Origin: a virus
Taxonomy: Duplodnaviria; Caudoviricetes
Length of the DNA: 64,000 bases
IMG/VR virus record: IMGVR_UViG_2934051868_000003
Location: 29,878-93,877 of that record
Reading direction: 5' to 3' (one strand)
Every line of letters starts with the position of its first letter. Within the stretch, counting starts at the first letter, position 1. The position numbers and the translations under genes are program-made. Positions 54,437 to 63,737 of this stretch are shown here, piece by piece. The notes beneath the pieces were generated by a model. That model ran no database searches and was not told the DNA's origin. It saw only the letters and a program-made list of their open reading frames with translations.

Positions 54437-55362
54437 GACGCGGCGCCGTTCGCGTTGGCGGGCTGCGCCGTCTCCGGCCATTCGTGCTCGCCCGCGCCAG
54501 CCGGGGCACCCGACGTCGGCCGCTCCTCTGCCTCGCCGTCGATGATGTCCGGGTGCTGCGTTGCCTCCGCCGGGTCAGCGGTCGGCGTAAGATCCACCCG
54601 CACGCCCTCATCGGCAGCCAGCGCGTACGCCAACTCAGTCGACTTCGGCATGTACTTCGCCAACTGGCGCACACACGTCTTGTGCGCCATGCCCTCGAAG
54701 TGATCCACCCACGGGCCGAACACCCGACCATCGCGGCTCTTCGCCGTCGCGTTCGCATCCCGGTACACCAGCATGTCCTGGTGTGACATGACGTAGAAGG
54801 CGTAGCCGCCACCCACGAACTTCGCGATGGCGTAGTAGGCGATCGGGTCGCCGCGCTCACCGAACAGGTTCGGCTTGTGCACCAGCGTGTCCGCCACGCC
54901 GTAGTCGACGTCGAACTCGTCGCCGCGGTACACGGTCCGGGCGATCAGCGACACGATCTTCCCCGACCGGTGGGCGAGGTCGATGAGCCCCTGGTAGCCG
55001 ATGACGAGCTGCGCCTTGTAGCCGGGGATCCACTTGCCGTTGCTGTCCTGGTGGTGCTTTGACGTCCAGAACGGGAGCAGCCACGCGTGCCCGAGCACAC
55101 CCGGACGCAGGCCGAGCTGCGCGCACGTCATCAGGGAGCCGAGCACCGACGGGGCGTCGCACTTGTCGAGGTTCTTCGTCATCCGCAGCGCGGTGATCGC
55201 GTCCCGGATGAGCTGAGCTGCCTCAGCGCCCTTCGGCATGGCGAGCTGGTATTCCTTCTCCATCGCCCGGATCTGGTTGGCGATGCTGTTCTGGGCGACG
55301 CCGCCGTTCTCCCGCCGGGTGGCGAGAGCGGTCTTCGCGTCGGGCTGGGCCTTCGTCGTCAT
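54433..55362 (-). CDS. recT: RecT-family recombinase
   Basis: C...S..G.....AQLGL.P, IGYQG...L..RSG, PW..HFE.MA.KT..R.L.KY.P.S.E. Confidence 0.93.
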   Translation of the reverse strand: MTTKAQPDAKTALATRRENGGVAQNSIANQIRAMEKEYQLAMPKGAEAAQLIRDAITALRMTKNLDKCDAPSVLGSLMTCAQLGLRPGVLGHAWLLPFWTSKHHQDSNGKWIPGYKAQLVIGYQGLIDLAHRSGKIVSLIARTVYRGDEFDVDYGVADTLVHKPNLFGERGDPIAYYAIAKFVGGGYAFYVMSHQDMLVYRDANATAKSRDGRVFGPWVDHFEGMAHKTCVRQLAKYMPKSTELAYALAADEGVRVDLTPTADPAEATQHPDIIDGEAEERPTSGAPAGAGEHEWPETAQPANANGAAS

Positions 55363-56348
55363 ATCTGCGCGTCCTTTACGTTCAGGGATCGGGTAGCCGG
55401 CTTCCGGTACTCGTCCGGATTCGGCGCTGGAATGCCGTGGGCCTCAACCAGCGCAGCCACCAGCCGCGGCCAGTCGACCTGCCCCTTCTTGTTCGACCAG
55501 GTGGCGATCGGGTGGCCGTCCACGACGGCTACCTCCCGCTCGCCGATCCGCTTCTTCAGCCCCGCCCCGGCGGCTTCCTTCTCCGCCTTCGCCGCGGTTT
55601 CGCGTTCGCGGGCGTCCCGGTAGGCGTGCCACAGGTCCAGGGCGTCCGGGTCGTCGGTCACGTCGACTTCGGCGGCCGGCACGTAGGTGGGGTACAGCTT
55701 CGCCATCGCCGCGTTGTCGACCGGCCCGAACGGCGGCTCCACCCCGCCGACGATGTGGGTCTGATACCAGTCGGACACCTGGGCGACGAGTTCGTGTTCG
55801 ATGGCGATGTCGCGGGTGACGGTGCGCCGCTGCACACCCATCCCGGCGATCAGGGCGATGATTTCGGCGGCGGGCGCGTCCATCACGTACAGCGACCAGC
55901 GGACCTGAAACTCGTAGCCGAGCGGGATCCCGCCGTCGGCCCAACCCGCAGGGGTGCCGAACCCCGAGCCGAGGCCGGCGGTCTTGGCTTCGATCAGCCT
56001 GCCGTCGGCGGTGACACCGTCGGGGGAGCAGCGCTGCCAGCCGTACACCGGATGCTTGTAGGTGCGGTACGCGGTGGTGGTGACGGGAACGTTGAGAAGC
56101 TTCCCGGCCTGCCCGAGCAGCCACGGCTCCAACTCTTTGCCGAGGTCAGCGGCGGCGGAGCCTTCGTCCTGCCAGGACCGGACGCCGGTCTTCTCGGCCC
56201 ACACGTCCCAGGGGGTGCGGTAGGTGGAGAAGCCGAGGACGGCGAGGATGTCGGAGCCGCCGAGTCCGTCGCGGCGGGCGTGGACCCATTCGTCTTCGGT
56301 GGCGTCCCAGCCGACGGCGGGCACGGGGCCGGTGAGCGTCTGCGTCAC
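55359..56348 (-). CDS. YqaJ/RecE-like exonuclease
   Basis: W...R..GLGGSD, G..LEP, SPDG...IEAKT, Y..QV. Confidence 0.9.
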   Translation of the reverse strand: MTQTLTGPVPAVGWDATEDEWVHARRDGLGGSDILAVLGFSTYRTPWDVWAEKTGVRSWQDEGSAAADLGKELEPWLLGQAGKLLNVPVTTTAYRTYKHPVYGWQRCSPDGVTADGRLIEAKTAGLGSGFGTPAGWADGGIPLGYEFQVRWSLYVMDAPAAEIIALIAGMGVQRRTVTRDIAIEHELVAQVSDWYQTHIVGGVEPPFGPVDNAAMAKLYPTYVPAAEVDVTDDPDALDLWHAYRDARERETAAKAEKEAAGAGLKKRIGEREVAVVDGHPIATWSNKKGQVDWPRLVAALVEAHGIPAPNPDEYRKPATRSLNVKDAQI

Positions 56349-56550
56349 TGTCCACACCTCGCGTCGATGGCGGCGTCGTAGTTGTGGTCGGCGCGGCGGC
56401 AGGCCGGTTTGGTGCAGCCCGCCAGCCAGCCCGGCAGCACGCCCATGCAGGTGGGGCAGTAGGCGTGCGCGGGGCGGGGCGGCAACTGCGGCGGCACACC
56501 CGGCACACGGGGCGGATCCGGGGTCAGCGGACGGTCCGCGACGACGGCGG

Positions 56551-56748
56551 TCACGGCGCCACCTCGGCGTTCTTCGGCCGGTACATGGTCTGGTCCTCGA
56601 CAACCACCCACGCCGTGTGCCCGGTCGCCGCGACGTGCTGGCGGACCCTCTCCCGGGTGGCGTCGGTGGGCAGGTTGTCGCAGCTCTCGCACGAGGCGGA
56701 GGGCGGGAACTTGTGGCGGCGGATCTCGACCTTCGCGACGTAGGCCAT
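56551..56748 (-). CDS. Small zinc-finger protein
   Basis: C..C...H...TGH. Confidence 0.55.
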   Translation of the reverse strand: MAYVAKVEIRRHKFPPSASCESCDNLPTDATRERVRQHVAATGHTAWVVVEDQTMYRPKNAEVAP

Positions 56749-56860
56749 CAGCGGCATCCGCCCATGAGCGGCCCGCACACGATCAGGTCGTGGAGGCGGC
56801 AGCCGTCCGAATCGATCTCGCCGCGCTCGTCACGCACACACGAGCACTTCACCCCGGCGT

Positions 56861-57367
56861 TCACGACCGCACCGCCTTCGCGAACGCCTCGATCTCATCC
56901 AGATGCTCCGGCTGCAACCCCACGCTCGCCTTCGGGCGGATCAACAGCGCGCGCCCGTCAGCGATCAGTTCGTCATGCACCTCACCGAACAGCGGAACCT
57001 CGGTGTCATCGGTCCACACCAGCCGCCGACCATCGGCTAGCACCTGCCGGGCCGCCGCCAGCTTCGCGACCGCCGCCGCGTGGCCGTTGATGTCGTCGGT
57101 GAACGCCCGGCCAAGCACAGGCAGCGCCCACAGTCTTTCCAACTGGTCTGCGTACGCGCACCAGGTGGTGCACCAGCGGATCTCCACCACGCCGTCGCGG
57201 TGCAGTCGGCGCATCCGGTCGAGCAGGGCGGGCGCCCAGCGCATGGTGTAGCCGGTGCCGGCGGCGTACGCGGTGGCTTTGCGGGGTGCGGCACCCCAGC
57301 CGGGGCGGGAGGTGTTGATGACGCCGTCCACGTCGAGTAGCCACACGGGGGACAGGTCGCCGGTCAT
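56861..57367 (-). CDS. HAD-superfamily phosphatase-like protein
   Basis: LLDVDGVIN, W.TTW, K, WTDD, GL. Confidence 0.85.
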   Translation of the reverse strand: MTGDLSPVWLLDVDGVINTSRPGWGAAPRKATAYAAGTGYTMRWAPALLDRMRRLHRDGVVEIRWCTTWCAYADQLERLWALPVLGRAFTDDINGHAAAVAKLAAARQVLADGRRLVWTDDTEVPLFGEVHDELIADGRALLIRPKASVGLQPEHLDEIEAFAKAVRS

Positions 57368-57669
57368 GCGGTCACCCCCAACTGCTCCCGCACCCACGCG
57401 GTGTGCTCGGCCGGGTTAAACCCGGCGGCCTCCAGCCACATGCGCTTCGCCGCAGCAACCGCTTCCTTCCGCCACGCCCGCTTGAACGGGCGCGGGTGCA
57501 TCTCCCCGTCCGTCCACGAATCGCCGCAGCCGCAGCACGTCCACGTGGCGCCGTACCAGGCGGCGTCCCTGCCGGCCATACGGCGGCGGCGCTGCTCGAC
57601 GGGGCAGAAGACGATGCGGCGGGGAAGGAACTCGTCCGGCCGGTTGATGTGCACGACGGGGGCGGTCAT
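57364..57669 (-). CDS. Hypothetical zinc-ribbon protein
   Basis: CP...WYG...TCC.CGD.W. Confidence 0.6.
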   Translation of the reverse strand: MTAPVVHINRPDEFLPRRIVFCPVEQRRRRMAGRDAAWYGATWTCCGCGDSWTDGEMHPRPFKRAWRKEAVAAAKRMWLEAAGFNPAEHTAWVREQLGVTA

Positions 57670-57950
57670 GCGGTCACCGCCTGGCGGTTGCGGTCCCAGC
57701 CCGCCGCCACCAGCCGCAACGGACCCGCCACCTCGGCCAGAAACTCCGGCGTCGCCCGACGACCCGAACCATCCAGCGCGATCATCTGACAGGCGGTGCC
57801 GTCGCCCAGGTCGTACACGTCGGCGACGTACTCGACGCCGTGACGGTCCGCCCACACGTCCTGCGCGAGCGGAGGCCAGCCGGGTGTGTCGACGGCACTG
57901 ACGGAGAAGTCGAATGCATATGCGGCGGTGGCACTGATAGTGCTGGTCAT
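57666..57950 (-). CDS. Hypothetical protein
   Basis: Own promoter and RBS GGGAG. Confidence 0.6.
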   Translation of the reverse strand: MTSTISATAAYAFDFSVSAVDTPGWPPLAQDVWADRHGVEYVADVYDLGDGTACQMIALDGSGRRATPEFLAEVAGPLRLVAAGWDRNRQAVTA

Positions 57951-57972
57951 GGGCTACTCGCTCCCGCTCGGT

Positions 57973-58061
57973 TGCATATGCACAGCCTAGACGGAGTGCA
58001 TTTGCACTGCAAGGGTTTCAGGTGGACAGACTTGGACTAGATGCATGTGCACCGCTACGCT
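57973..58061. promoter_or_regulatory. Divergent promoters (minus TTGCAG-N17-TAGGCT; plus TGGACT-N17-TACGCT) with three TGCA-NN-TGCA boxes
   Basis: Boxes at 57973-57982, 57997-58006 and 58042-58051. Confidence 0.75.
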
Positions 58062-58068
58062 CACCGTC

Positions 58069-58278
58069 ATGGCCAAGACGCCGAACCGAGTCATACGAGT
58101 CCCCGACCGCACCTGGGACGCGTACGGTCACGTCTGCGAAGCCGAAGGCGTGAAACGAACCGCCGACCTCATCGCGTTCATGGAGCGCCGGATCAACGCG
58201 TTCATCCGCAAGGGCGGCGTACTCCCCCCGGCCGAAGCGGCTGAGACTGCAAAGCAGGATGAGGGATCCGACGCCTGA
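58069..58278 (+). CDS. Ribbon-helix-helix DNA-binding protein
   Basis: TPNRVIRVPDRTWDAY...C..EG..RTADL..FM; leaderless. Confidence 0.8.
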   Translation: MAKTPNRVIRVPDRTWDAYGHVCEAEGVKRTADLIAFMERRINAFIRKGGVLPPAEAAETAKQDEGSDA

Positions 58279-58283
58279 CCACT

Positions 58284-58469
58284 TCACCGGTCACCGCCGG
58301 CCTGCCCGTCGGCGAGCCGTCCCACCACACCCAGCAACCCCAACACCACCGCCGCCACCCCAAACACGAACAGCGGCACACCCAGCCACGGAAACGGCCA
58401 CACCGTCTCCGCCAGCGGGGCACCAGCCAGCAGCACCACACCGACCGCAAGCCGATCCGTGGCGTTCAC
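58284..58469 (-). CDS. Small membrane protein
   Basis: Two hydrophobic segments. Confidence 0.5.
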   Translation of the reverse strand: MNATDRLAVGVVLLAGAPLAETVWPFPWLGVPLFVFGVAAVVLGLLGVVGRLADGQAGGDR

Positions 58470-59057
58470 GACCGACCCGCAGCCAGCAGGGCAGCCTTCA
58501 CCCGATCCCAGCGCTGGTTGGCGGCCCGCACCTCACCCGGATCCAAAACCCGCTCGCACACCCAGCACCGGTACTGGCGCCGGCCACGCCACGGGCCGCG
58601 CCACAGCGGCAGCGACACCAAAACCGGCGGGCCGCAACCCAGCACACGACACGAGCGACCCGGCTCAGCCACGCGACTCACCTCGTGACTCCGCAACGAC
58701 CAGCAGATGCAGATCAAGGGCCATCGCCAGCCCGTCCGCGATCCCGCGCAGGCGGATAGCCGAGTTGTAGTCGTGGGCGTTCCAGCAGTCAGCGGCCTTG
58801 CCGCGGTGCTCACGCTCCGCCGCGGTGACCCGGCGGGCCAGTTCCAGCCACGCGCCAGCCTCAGCCACGACGCCCACCAGCCACACGTTGGCTCTCGGCG
58901 CGCCTAGCGCCGAGAGCGAGCCAGTACGCTGGCGTCAGAGTGCAGCAGCCGATGCCACCGCAGGGCCCCTCTGGTGAGCCGCTGCTCGGGTCGTTCGGCC
59001 ACCCCTGGGGGCAAGCCCAGGTGCCGTTCAACTCCGACCCGCCGGACGAAAGGTTGC

Positions 59058-59867
59058 TCATACCGCCACTCCGAAATCAGTGAGACAACCGCAGCCGCCC
59101 CAGTCGAAGTCGTCGAACAAGTCGCCCTGCGCCGGGTTCTGCACCCGCTCGCGCAGCACCGTCAGCGTGAGCGGCCGGGTTTCACCGCCGCTGCGGTCCT
59201 TGAGGATCGACACGTCCGCGCCCAACTCGGCGCGCATGCGCTGCTCGTGCGTCTCCTTCGCCGCGTACCGCTCCGGGAAGGTCCGCAGCAACTGCACCCA
59301 CTGCGCCTGGCCCCCACGGACACAAGCACCACCGCAGTTGTTGTGAGGGAAGCCGAGCCGGTTGAGCCGGGGCATCTCAATCCCGCGCGCCCGCAGGTCA
59401 GCCTCAACCTGCCGCTTGTCGATCCACGGCGGCTCCGTCAGAGGGAACTCGACCCGCCACGGCGCCCAGCCCTTCACCACGCCGGGCACACGGTGCTGCT
59501 CCGACCAGTCGATGCCGACGTACAGCACCGTGCTGGCCGGGTCGCAGTTCGCCTCCAACCACTGCCGGCACGGCTTCACCTTCAGCTCTAGCGAGCACTG
59601 GGCGACGCGAGCGTTGGACAGCCACCGCCGGTCGACATCTACCTGTTCGGGGGTGCGGCCGTCGCAGACGCGGGTAACGGGCACGCCAATGTCGGCGGCG
59701 GCCTGGTCCAGAAACCGATGCAGGTCTGGGTCTTCGGCGAGGGTGTCGGCGAACAGCAGCACCAGGTTGCTTGTGCCGTGATTGTCGGCGACGCGTCTGG
59801 CGGTCGCCCAGCTCCCGGTGCCACCGGACATCTGCACGACGTGACGGATCTCAGCCACGACGCTCAC
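59058..59867 (-). CDS. PP-loop / PAPS-reductase-like protein
   Basis: SGG.GS, LFADT..ED.DL.RFL, CS..LK, GF.HNNCGG.CV.GG, GGCGC. Confidence 0.8.
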   Translation of the reverse strand: MSVVAEIRHVVQMSGGTGSWATARRVADNHGTSNLVLLFADTLAEDPDLHRFLDQAAADIGVPVTRVCDGRTPEQVDVDRRWLSNARVAQCSLELKVKPCRQWLEANCDPASTVLYVGIDWSEQHRVPGVVKGWAPWRVEFPLTEPPWIDKRQVEADLRARGIEMPRLNRLGFPHNNCGGACVRGGQAQWVQLLRTFPERYAAKETHEQRMRAELGADVSILKDRSGGETRPLTLTVLRERVQNPAQGDLFDDFDWGGCGCLTDFGVAV

Positions 59868-60159
59868 CGGCCCGCTGCCAGGGGATGAACACCGTCGCAT
59901 CCGGCCGATCGCAGATACGCGGCAGCAGTTCGGTCACCGGCTCCACACGCATCGGGCGTTGCGACGGATGCCACGGCTGCGGCACCCGCACCACACCCAC
60001 CAGCGGCGCCGCCTCCACCGGCTCAACCGGACGGCCACGCAGCAGCCGCGCCGCCAAGCCACACACCGACGGCCACACCGCGTACGCGAGCATCCCCACA
60101 CCGGTCGACAGCAGCACCGCCCCCGCCAGACCACCCCAATGGTTCAGGAACCCGATCAC
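59851..60159 (-). CDS. Hypothetical membrane protein
   Basis: N-terminal TM. Confidence 0.5.
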   Translation of the reverse strand: MIGFLNHWGGLAGAVLLSTGVGMLAYAVWPSVCGLAARLLRGRPVEPVEAAPLVGVVRVPQPWHPSQRPMRVEPVTELLPRICDRPDATVFIPWQRAGERRG

Positions 60160-60449
60160 CGGTCCGCCGCCTCACGGTCAACGCGGCGGTACTGCGGTGC
60201 GTGAACGACCGGCACGCACGGGCGGCTGGCCGGCGTCAAACCAACCGTCGCGTCCTGGTTGCCGCCCTCGCCATCGCCGCCGTCGCCGTCCTCACCGTCG
60301 TGCGAGCAGTCGCACGGCTGCGGAGCACGGAACAGCCACCACACCAGCAGAGCCGCCAGGGCGCACATCAGCACCGACGCCAGCCATCCCCACAACACTG
60401 AGGTGACCGGTGTGCACGCAACCTCCACCGGCTGCACCGTCGCCCTCAC
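60156..60449 (-). CDS. Hypothetical membrane protein
   Basis: One TM. Confidence 0.5.
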   Translation of the reverse strand: MRATVQPVEVACTPVTSVLWGWLASVLMCALAALLVWWLFRAPQPCDCSHDGEDGDGGDGEGGNQDATVGLTPASRPCVPVVHAPQYRRVDREAADR

Positions 60450-60898
60450 CGGGTCACCTCGACCGGCTCCCGGCGAACATCAACCACCGGCCACGCCGCC
60501 GACGGGTAGCCGTGACCGGGCCGGTAGCCGTCCGTCCGGGACGCCTCACCCGGCGCCGCATGACGACCCGACACGTCGTCGAACAGCCCGCCCAGCTCGC
60601 CCGGCCCGGGAACACCCGGCATGCCAGGGCCGGCCGCCTGCCACGCCGACAACTGCGCACCATCACCGGACAGCCACGCCGGCCCCGACACCACCCCATC
60701 GGCGAACGCCCGAGCGGCAGCCAACGTCGGCGCGAACTCGTCCTCCACCGACGCCTTCATCCCGGCGGCCAGCCGCTGCTGCTCTTCCTGCCGGTCATGC
60801 CACCGGCCGACGGCACGCCAGCCGCGCAGCAGCGCAGCCCCGGCGCACACAGCCACCACAGCAACCAGCAGCCACTTCAAGTCCGTCACCGAACCCAT
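60446..60898 (-). CDS. Hypothetical membrane protein
   Basis: N-terminal TM, GRHAA motif. Confidence 0.55.
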   Translation of the reverse strand: MGSVTDLKWLLVAVVAVCAGAALLRGWRAVGRWHDRQEEQQRLAAGMKASVEDEFAPTLAAARAFADGVVSGPAWLSGDGAQLSAWQAAGPGMPGVPGPGELGGLFDDVSGRHAAPGEASRTDGYRPGHGYPSAAWPVVDVRREPVEVTR

Positions 60899-61128
60899 CA
60901 CGCCCACCGTCCGTTCACCTGATCGCGGCGCGGCTGAACATCCGCGGCCACCCGCCCCGAGCCGCGCACACAGCCCTCGCATCCCCGCTGCTCGCCGCCA
61001 TCGCAGTTGCCGCAGACCACACCCCGCCGCACTGCATGTGGCGTCGCCTGCTGGACGAACACGCCCGCAGCAGTCGCAGTAGTACGGACCCACCATCAGG
61101 GCCTCGTCGCTCGCGCCCCAACTCCCGT

Positions 61129-61974
61129 TCATGCCGCCACCCCCACGTCGAAAAGAGACATCTGCCGGGTTGGAGTCCGCCGCGGCGGACGTATGTGCTG
61201 CCGCCGCCACTCAAGGGCGTACGACAGGCAGTTGGCCTCCGACTGCGGCTGCTTGCCGGTGGCGTACGGGGGGTGCTGACACGGCCCGGCGTGCCGGCCG
61301 TCAAACGACCAGGCCATCGAGTCGGCGGTGTGCAGCAGGTTCCAGCACGCCCGCAAACCTTCGATCTTGAAACCGAACCCGTGCAGTCGAGGAATCCCGA
61401 GATCCCGCAGCGCCTGCATGATCTCGATCGCCTCATCCATGTGCTGACGGCGGCACACCGACCCCACCCCCACCAGCGGCTCCCGGGTGAGGTCAATGCC
61501 GGCGTCGGCGTACATGTGGACATGGCGGATGTAGTCCTGCACCCGCTGACCCTGAACCACCGGGATGATCGGCAGTTCCGGCGCGAGACCGCGAAGTTCC
61601 AGCAGGTTGCCGGTGGTCAACTCCTGGTGGATCCGCACCGACAGCCCGGTGCCTTTGAAACGCAGGGGACCGGCCTGCCCGCCCTTGATGACGATGTCCT
61701 CGCACATCCAGTCCTGCGGGGCGGCGAAGTCGAACGGGCCGCACTGCGCCCACACCTTCCGCAGGAACGCCACGTACATCACAGCGGTCGTCTTCCAGCC
61801 GCCGAGCAGTTGCAGCTCGGTGAACCCGCCGGAGTCGACACCGAACGGGCCGTACGCAGGAGGAAAGTCGCCCTTGGGAAACACCCGCCGACTAACGAAC
61901 TTCGCAACATCCGCCAGTTCGGGCCGGGACAGCCAGTAGGCGCGGTGGATGCCCATGTACCAGGTGTCCATCAC
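61129..61974 (-). CDS. DpdA/TGT-like 7-deazaguanine transglycosylase homologue
   Basis: DSGGF, PQDWMCE, IPVVQG, VGVGSVCRR, LHGFG.K, ADSMAWS. Confidence 0.8.
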   Translation of the reverse strand: MMDTWYMGIHRAYWLSRPELADVAKFVSRRVFPKGDFPPAYGPFGVDSGGFTELQLLGGWKTTAVMYVAFLRKVWAQCGPFDFAAPQDWMCEDIVIKGGQAGPLRFKGTGLSVRIHQELTTGNLLELRGLAPELPIIPVVQGQRVQDYIRHVHMYADAGIDLTREPLVGVGSVCRRQHMDEAIEIMQALRDLGIPRLHGFGFKIEGLRACWNLLHTADSMAWSFDGRHAGPCQHPPYATGKQPQSEANCLSYALEWRRQHIRPPRRTPTRQMSLFDVGVAA

Positions 61975-62210
61975 GACGCCACCTGCACGATCTCGATGCC
62001 GCCGGCCCGGGTGTCGTCGCGTCGGATGTAGCCCTTGAGGACCAGCGCACCCAGGGACTCACGGACCCTGTCCTCGGATCGCGAACCGACGGCTGCGGCC
62101 AGCTGCGCGGCGGTCGGCATGTCGCCGTGGTCGGCGAGGTGCCGCCGCAACGCGTCCAGCAACCGCTCCTCCCGAACGGTCAGCGGAGGCCGGCAAGTCG
62201 GATCAGGCAT
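61971..62210 (-). CDS. LexA N-terminal-like winged HTH protein
   Basis: LT.RE..LL..L.......G..PT..QLA.AVG..S...V...L..L..KGYIRR. Confidence 0.8.
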   Translation of the reverse strand: MPDPTCRPPLTVREERLLDALRRHLADHGDMPTAAQLAAAVGSRSEDRVRESLGALVLKGYIRRDDTRAGGIEIVQVAS

Positions 62211-62724
62211 CGGCCAGCACCTCCCGCCGCCGGAACCGGATGACCGCGAGCACCAGCAGGGCCACCACCGTCATCCAGCCCTTACCGACCACCTGGCCCC
62301 AGAAGAACGCCAGCGACCCGAACGCCAAGGCGAGGAACAGCCACGAGTCCACCAGCAGCCCGGCCACGTTCGACGCGGCCACGGCGGTGAGCCAGCGGCG
62401 GCGACGCAGCGGCGTGTAAACCGCCAAGTCGACCAGCTCGGACAGCAGGAACGCCGCCGCAGCCGCGAACGCGAGACCCGGGCCAGCGACCCACAGCGAC
62501 GCTGCCGTTCCGGCGAGGATCGCGGCGACCACCAGCCGCCACCCGGCGGCCTCGTGCAGCAGATCCCGCAGTGTGAACGCCAAGCCGGCGAACAACACGC
62601 CAGCCGGGGCGGCGAGACCGAAACCGACCGGGATGACCCCGTAGTGAGCGACGGCCCAGTTCGCGGCGATGATCGTGCCGACGTAGGCGAGGGTCAGCAC
62701 TGTTGTGAACAGGGTCCGCTTCAC
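62203..62724 (-). CDS. VUT-family (YhhQ-like) queuosine-precursor transporter
   Basis: ANW...G...PAG....G..F..RD, AFL.SE..D...Y, SN......DS..FL..AFG...GQ..GK. Confidence 0.85.
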   Translation of the reverse strand: MKRTLFTTVLTLAYVGTIIAANWAVAHYGVIPVGFGLAAPAGVLFAGLAFTLRDLLHEAAGWRLVVAAILAGTAASLWVAGPGLAFAAAAAFLLSELVDLAVYTPLRRRRWLTAVAASNVAGLLVDSWLFLALAFGSLAFFWGQVVGKGWMTVVALLVLAVIRFRRREVLADA

Positions 62725-63140
62725 GCCATCCACCCCCGGCGACTGCTGCTGATCGGTTTGCGGTCCAGGCGGTCTCGACTCGGCGTAGACGGCGTGTACC
62801 GGCCCACGTTCAACCCGGGCGCCAGCTCGGCAACCCGACTTGCACCCGCTGCGGGAGAAGGCAGCAGCGCGGCGACGAAAGCGGCGGCCCGCTCCCAACC
62901 CGTGTACTCCGGCGCGTTCACCACGCGCGGGGGCCAGCACGACGGGCACGACCGGTGCCACGTGCCGAGCGCCAACGCCGCCGACACCTGCTCCACATCC
63001 GCCCGACCAACCCGGCCGCACGACGCCCGCACCTTGTGAAACAGGGCGGTGTCCACACCGGGCAAGTCCAGGCGGCCGATCCACACCTGGTCGTCCATGC
63101 GCACACCCGCCGGAGGGCGAGGACCAAACCCGCCGGTCAC
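62721..63140 (-). CDS. Hypothetical protein
   Basis: Coupled ORF; H....C...C..CW. Confidence 0.5.
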   Translation of the reverse strand: MTGGFGPRPPAGVRMDDQVWIGRLDLPGVDTALFHKVRASCGRVGRADVEQVSAALALGTWHRSCPSCWPPRVVNAPEYTGWERAAAFVAALLPSPAAGASRVAELAPGLNVGRYTPSTPSRDRLDRKPISSSRRGWMA

Positions 63141-63397
63141 CGGGCACCCCCGAACACGCTGCGGGGAGCGGCACGGCCACCCGACGGCTCCCGCGTCAAC
63201 TGCGACCTGCACCCCTGCCGGCCGTCCGTGTGCAGCCACCGCCGTGCCCGACCCGGAAACACCCGCTGCGGGTCCGGACGCCAAATCGGCTCACCACACC
63301 CACACGTGCCCGTCTCCATCGGAAACTCCGGGCCGCCCACCGGCACCAGCACAACGGCGGGAAGCGCCTCCACCACTGGCGCGGTCACCGCGTCCAC
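63137..63397 (-). CDS. Hypothetical protein
   Basis: C.CG..I...W.H......C. Confidence 0.5.
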   Translation of the reverse strand: MDAVTAPVVEALPAVVLVPVGGPEFPMETGTCGCGEPIWRPDPQRVFPGRARRWLHTDGRQGCRSQLTREPSGGRAAPRSVFGGAR

Positions 63398-63500
63398 CCG
63401 CCCACGAACCGGCGGGCCGCCATCCGACGCCGGTAGATGCGCCGAAACTTGTCGATCACCTCACGGCGGCGCAACGCCCGCCCGAAATCGAAGTCACTGC

Positions 63501-63737
63501 TCATCGGCCGTACACCGCCCCGAACCCGAACCACAACACCGCCAGGCCCACCAACACGACCGCCAGAAGCACCCCGTGGCCGATCAGCCACTCACGGAAC
63601 GGCGACCCGTCCTCCGACCCGTCACGGCGCACCGCAGCCCGCAACCGGTCCACACCCATCGACTCCGGCATGCGGGCCGTATAAACCGGCTCCGGACACG
63701 AACGACGCCGCAGCATCGACACCAGCCGGCGCATCAC
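63501..63737 (-). CDS. Small membrane protein
   Basis: C-terminal TM; coupled. Confidence 0.55.
   Translation of the reverse strand: MMRRLVSMLRRRSCPEPVYTARMPESMGVDRLRAAVRRDGSEDGSPFREWLIGHGVLLAVVLVGLAVLWFGFGAVYGR

Noticed and set aside
57360-57680. Repeated TCATGCGGTCACC at two gene junctions
   Set aside because: Explained by RBS plus overlapping stop/start (GTGACCGCATGA) translational coupling.
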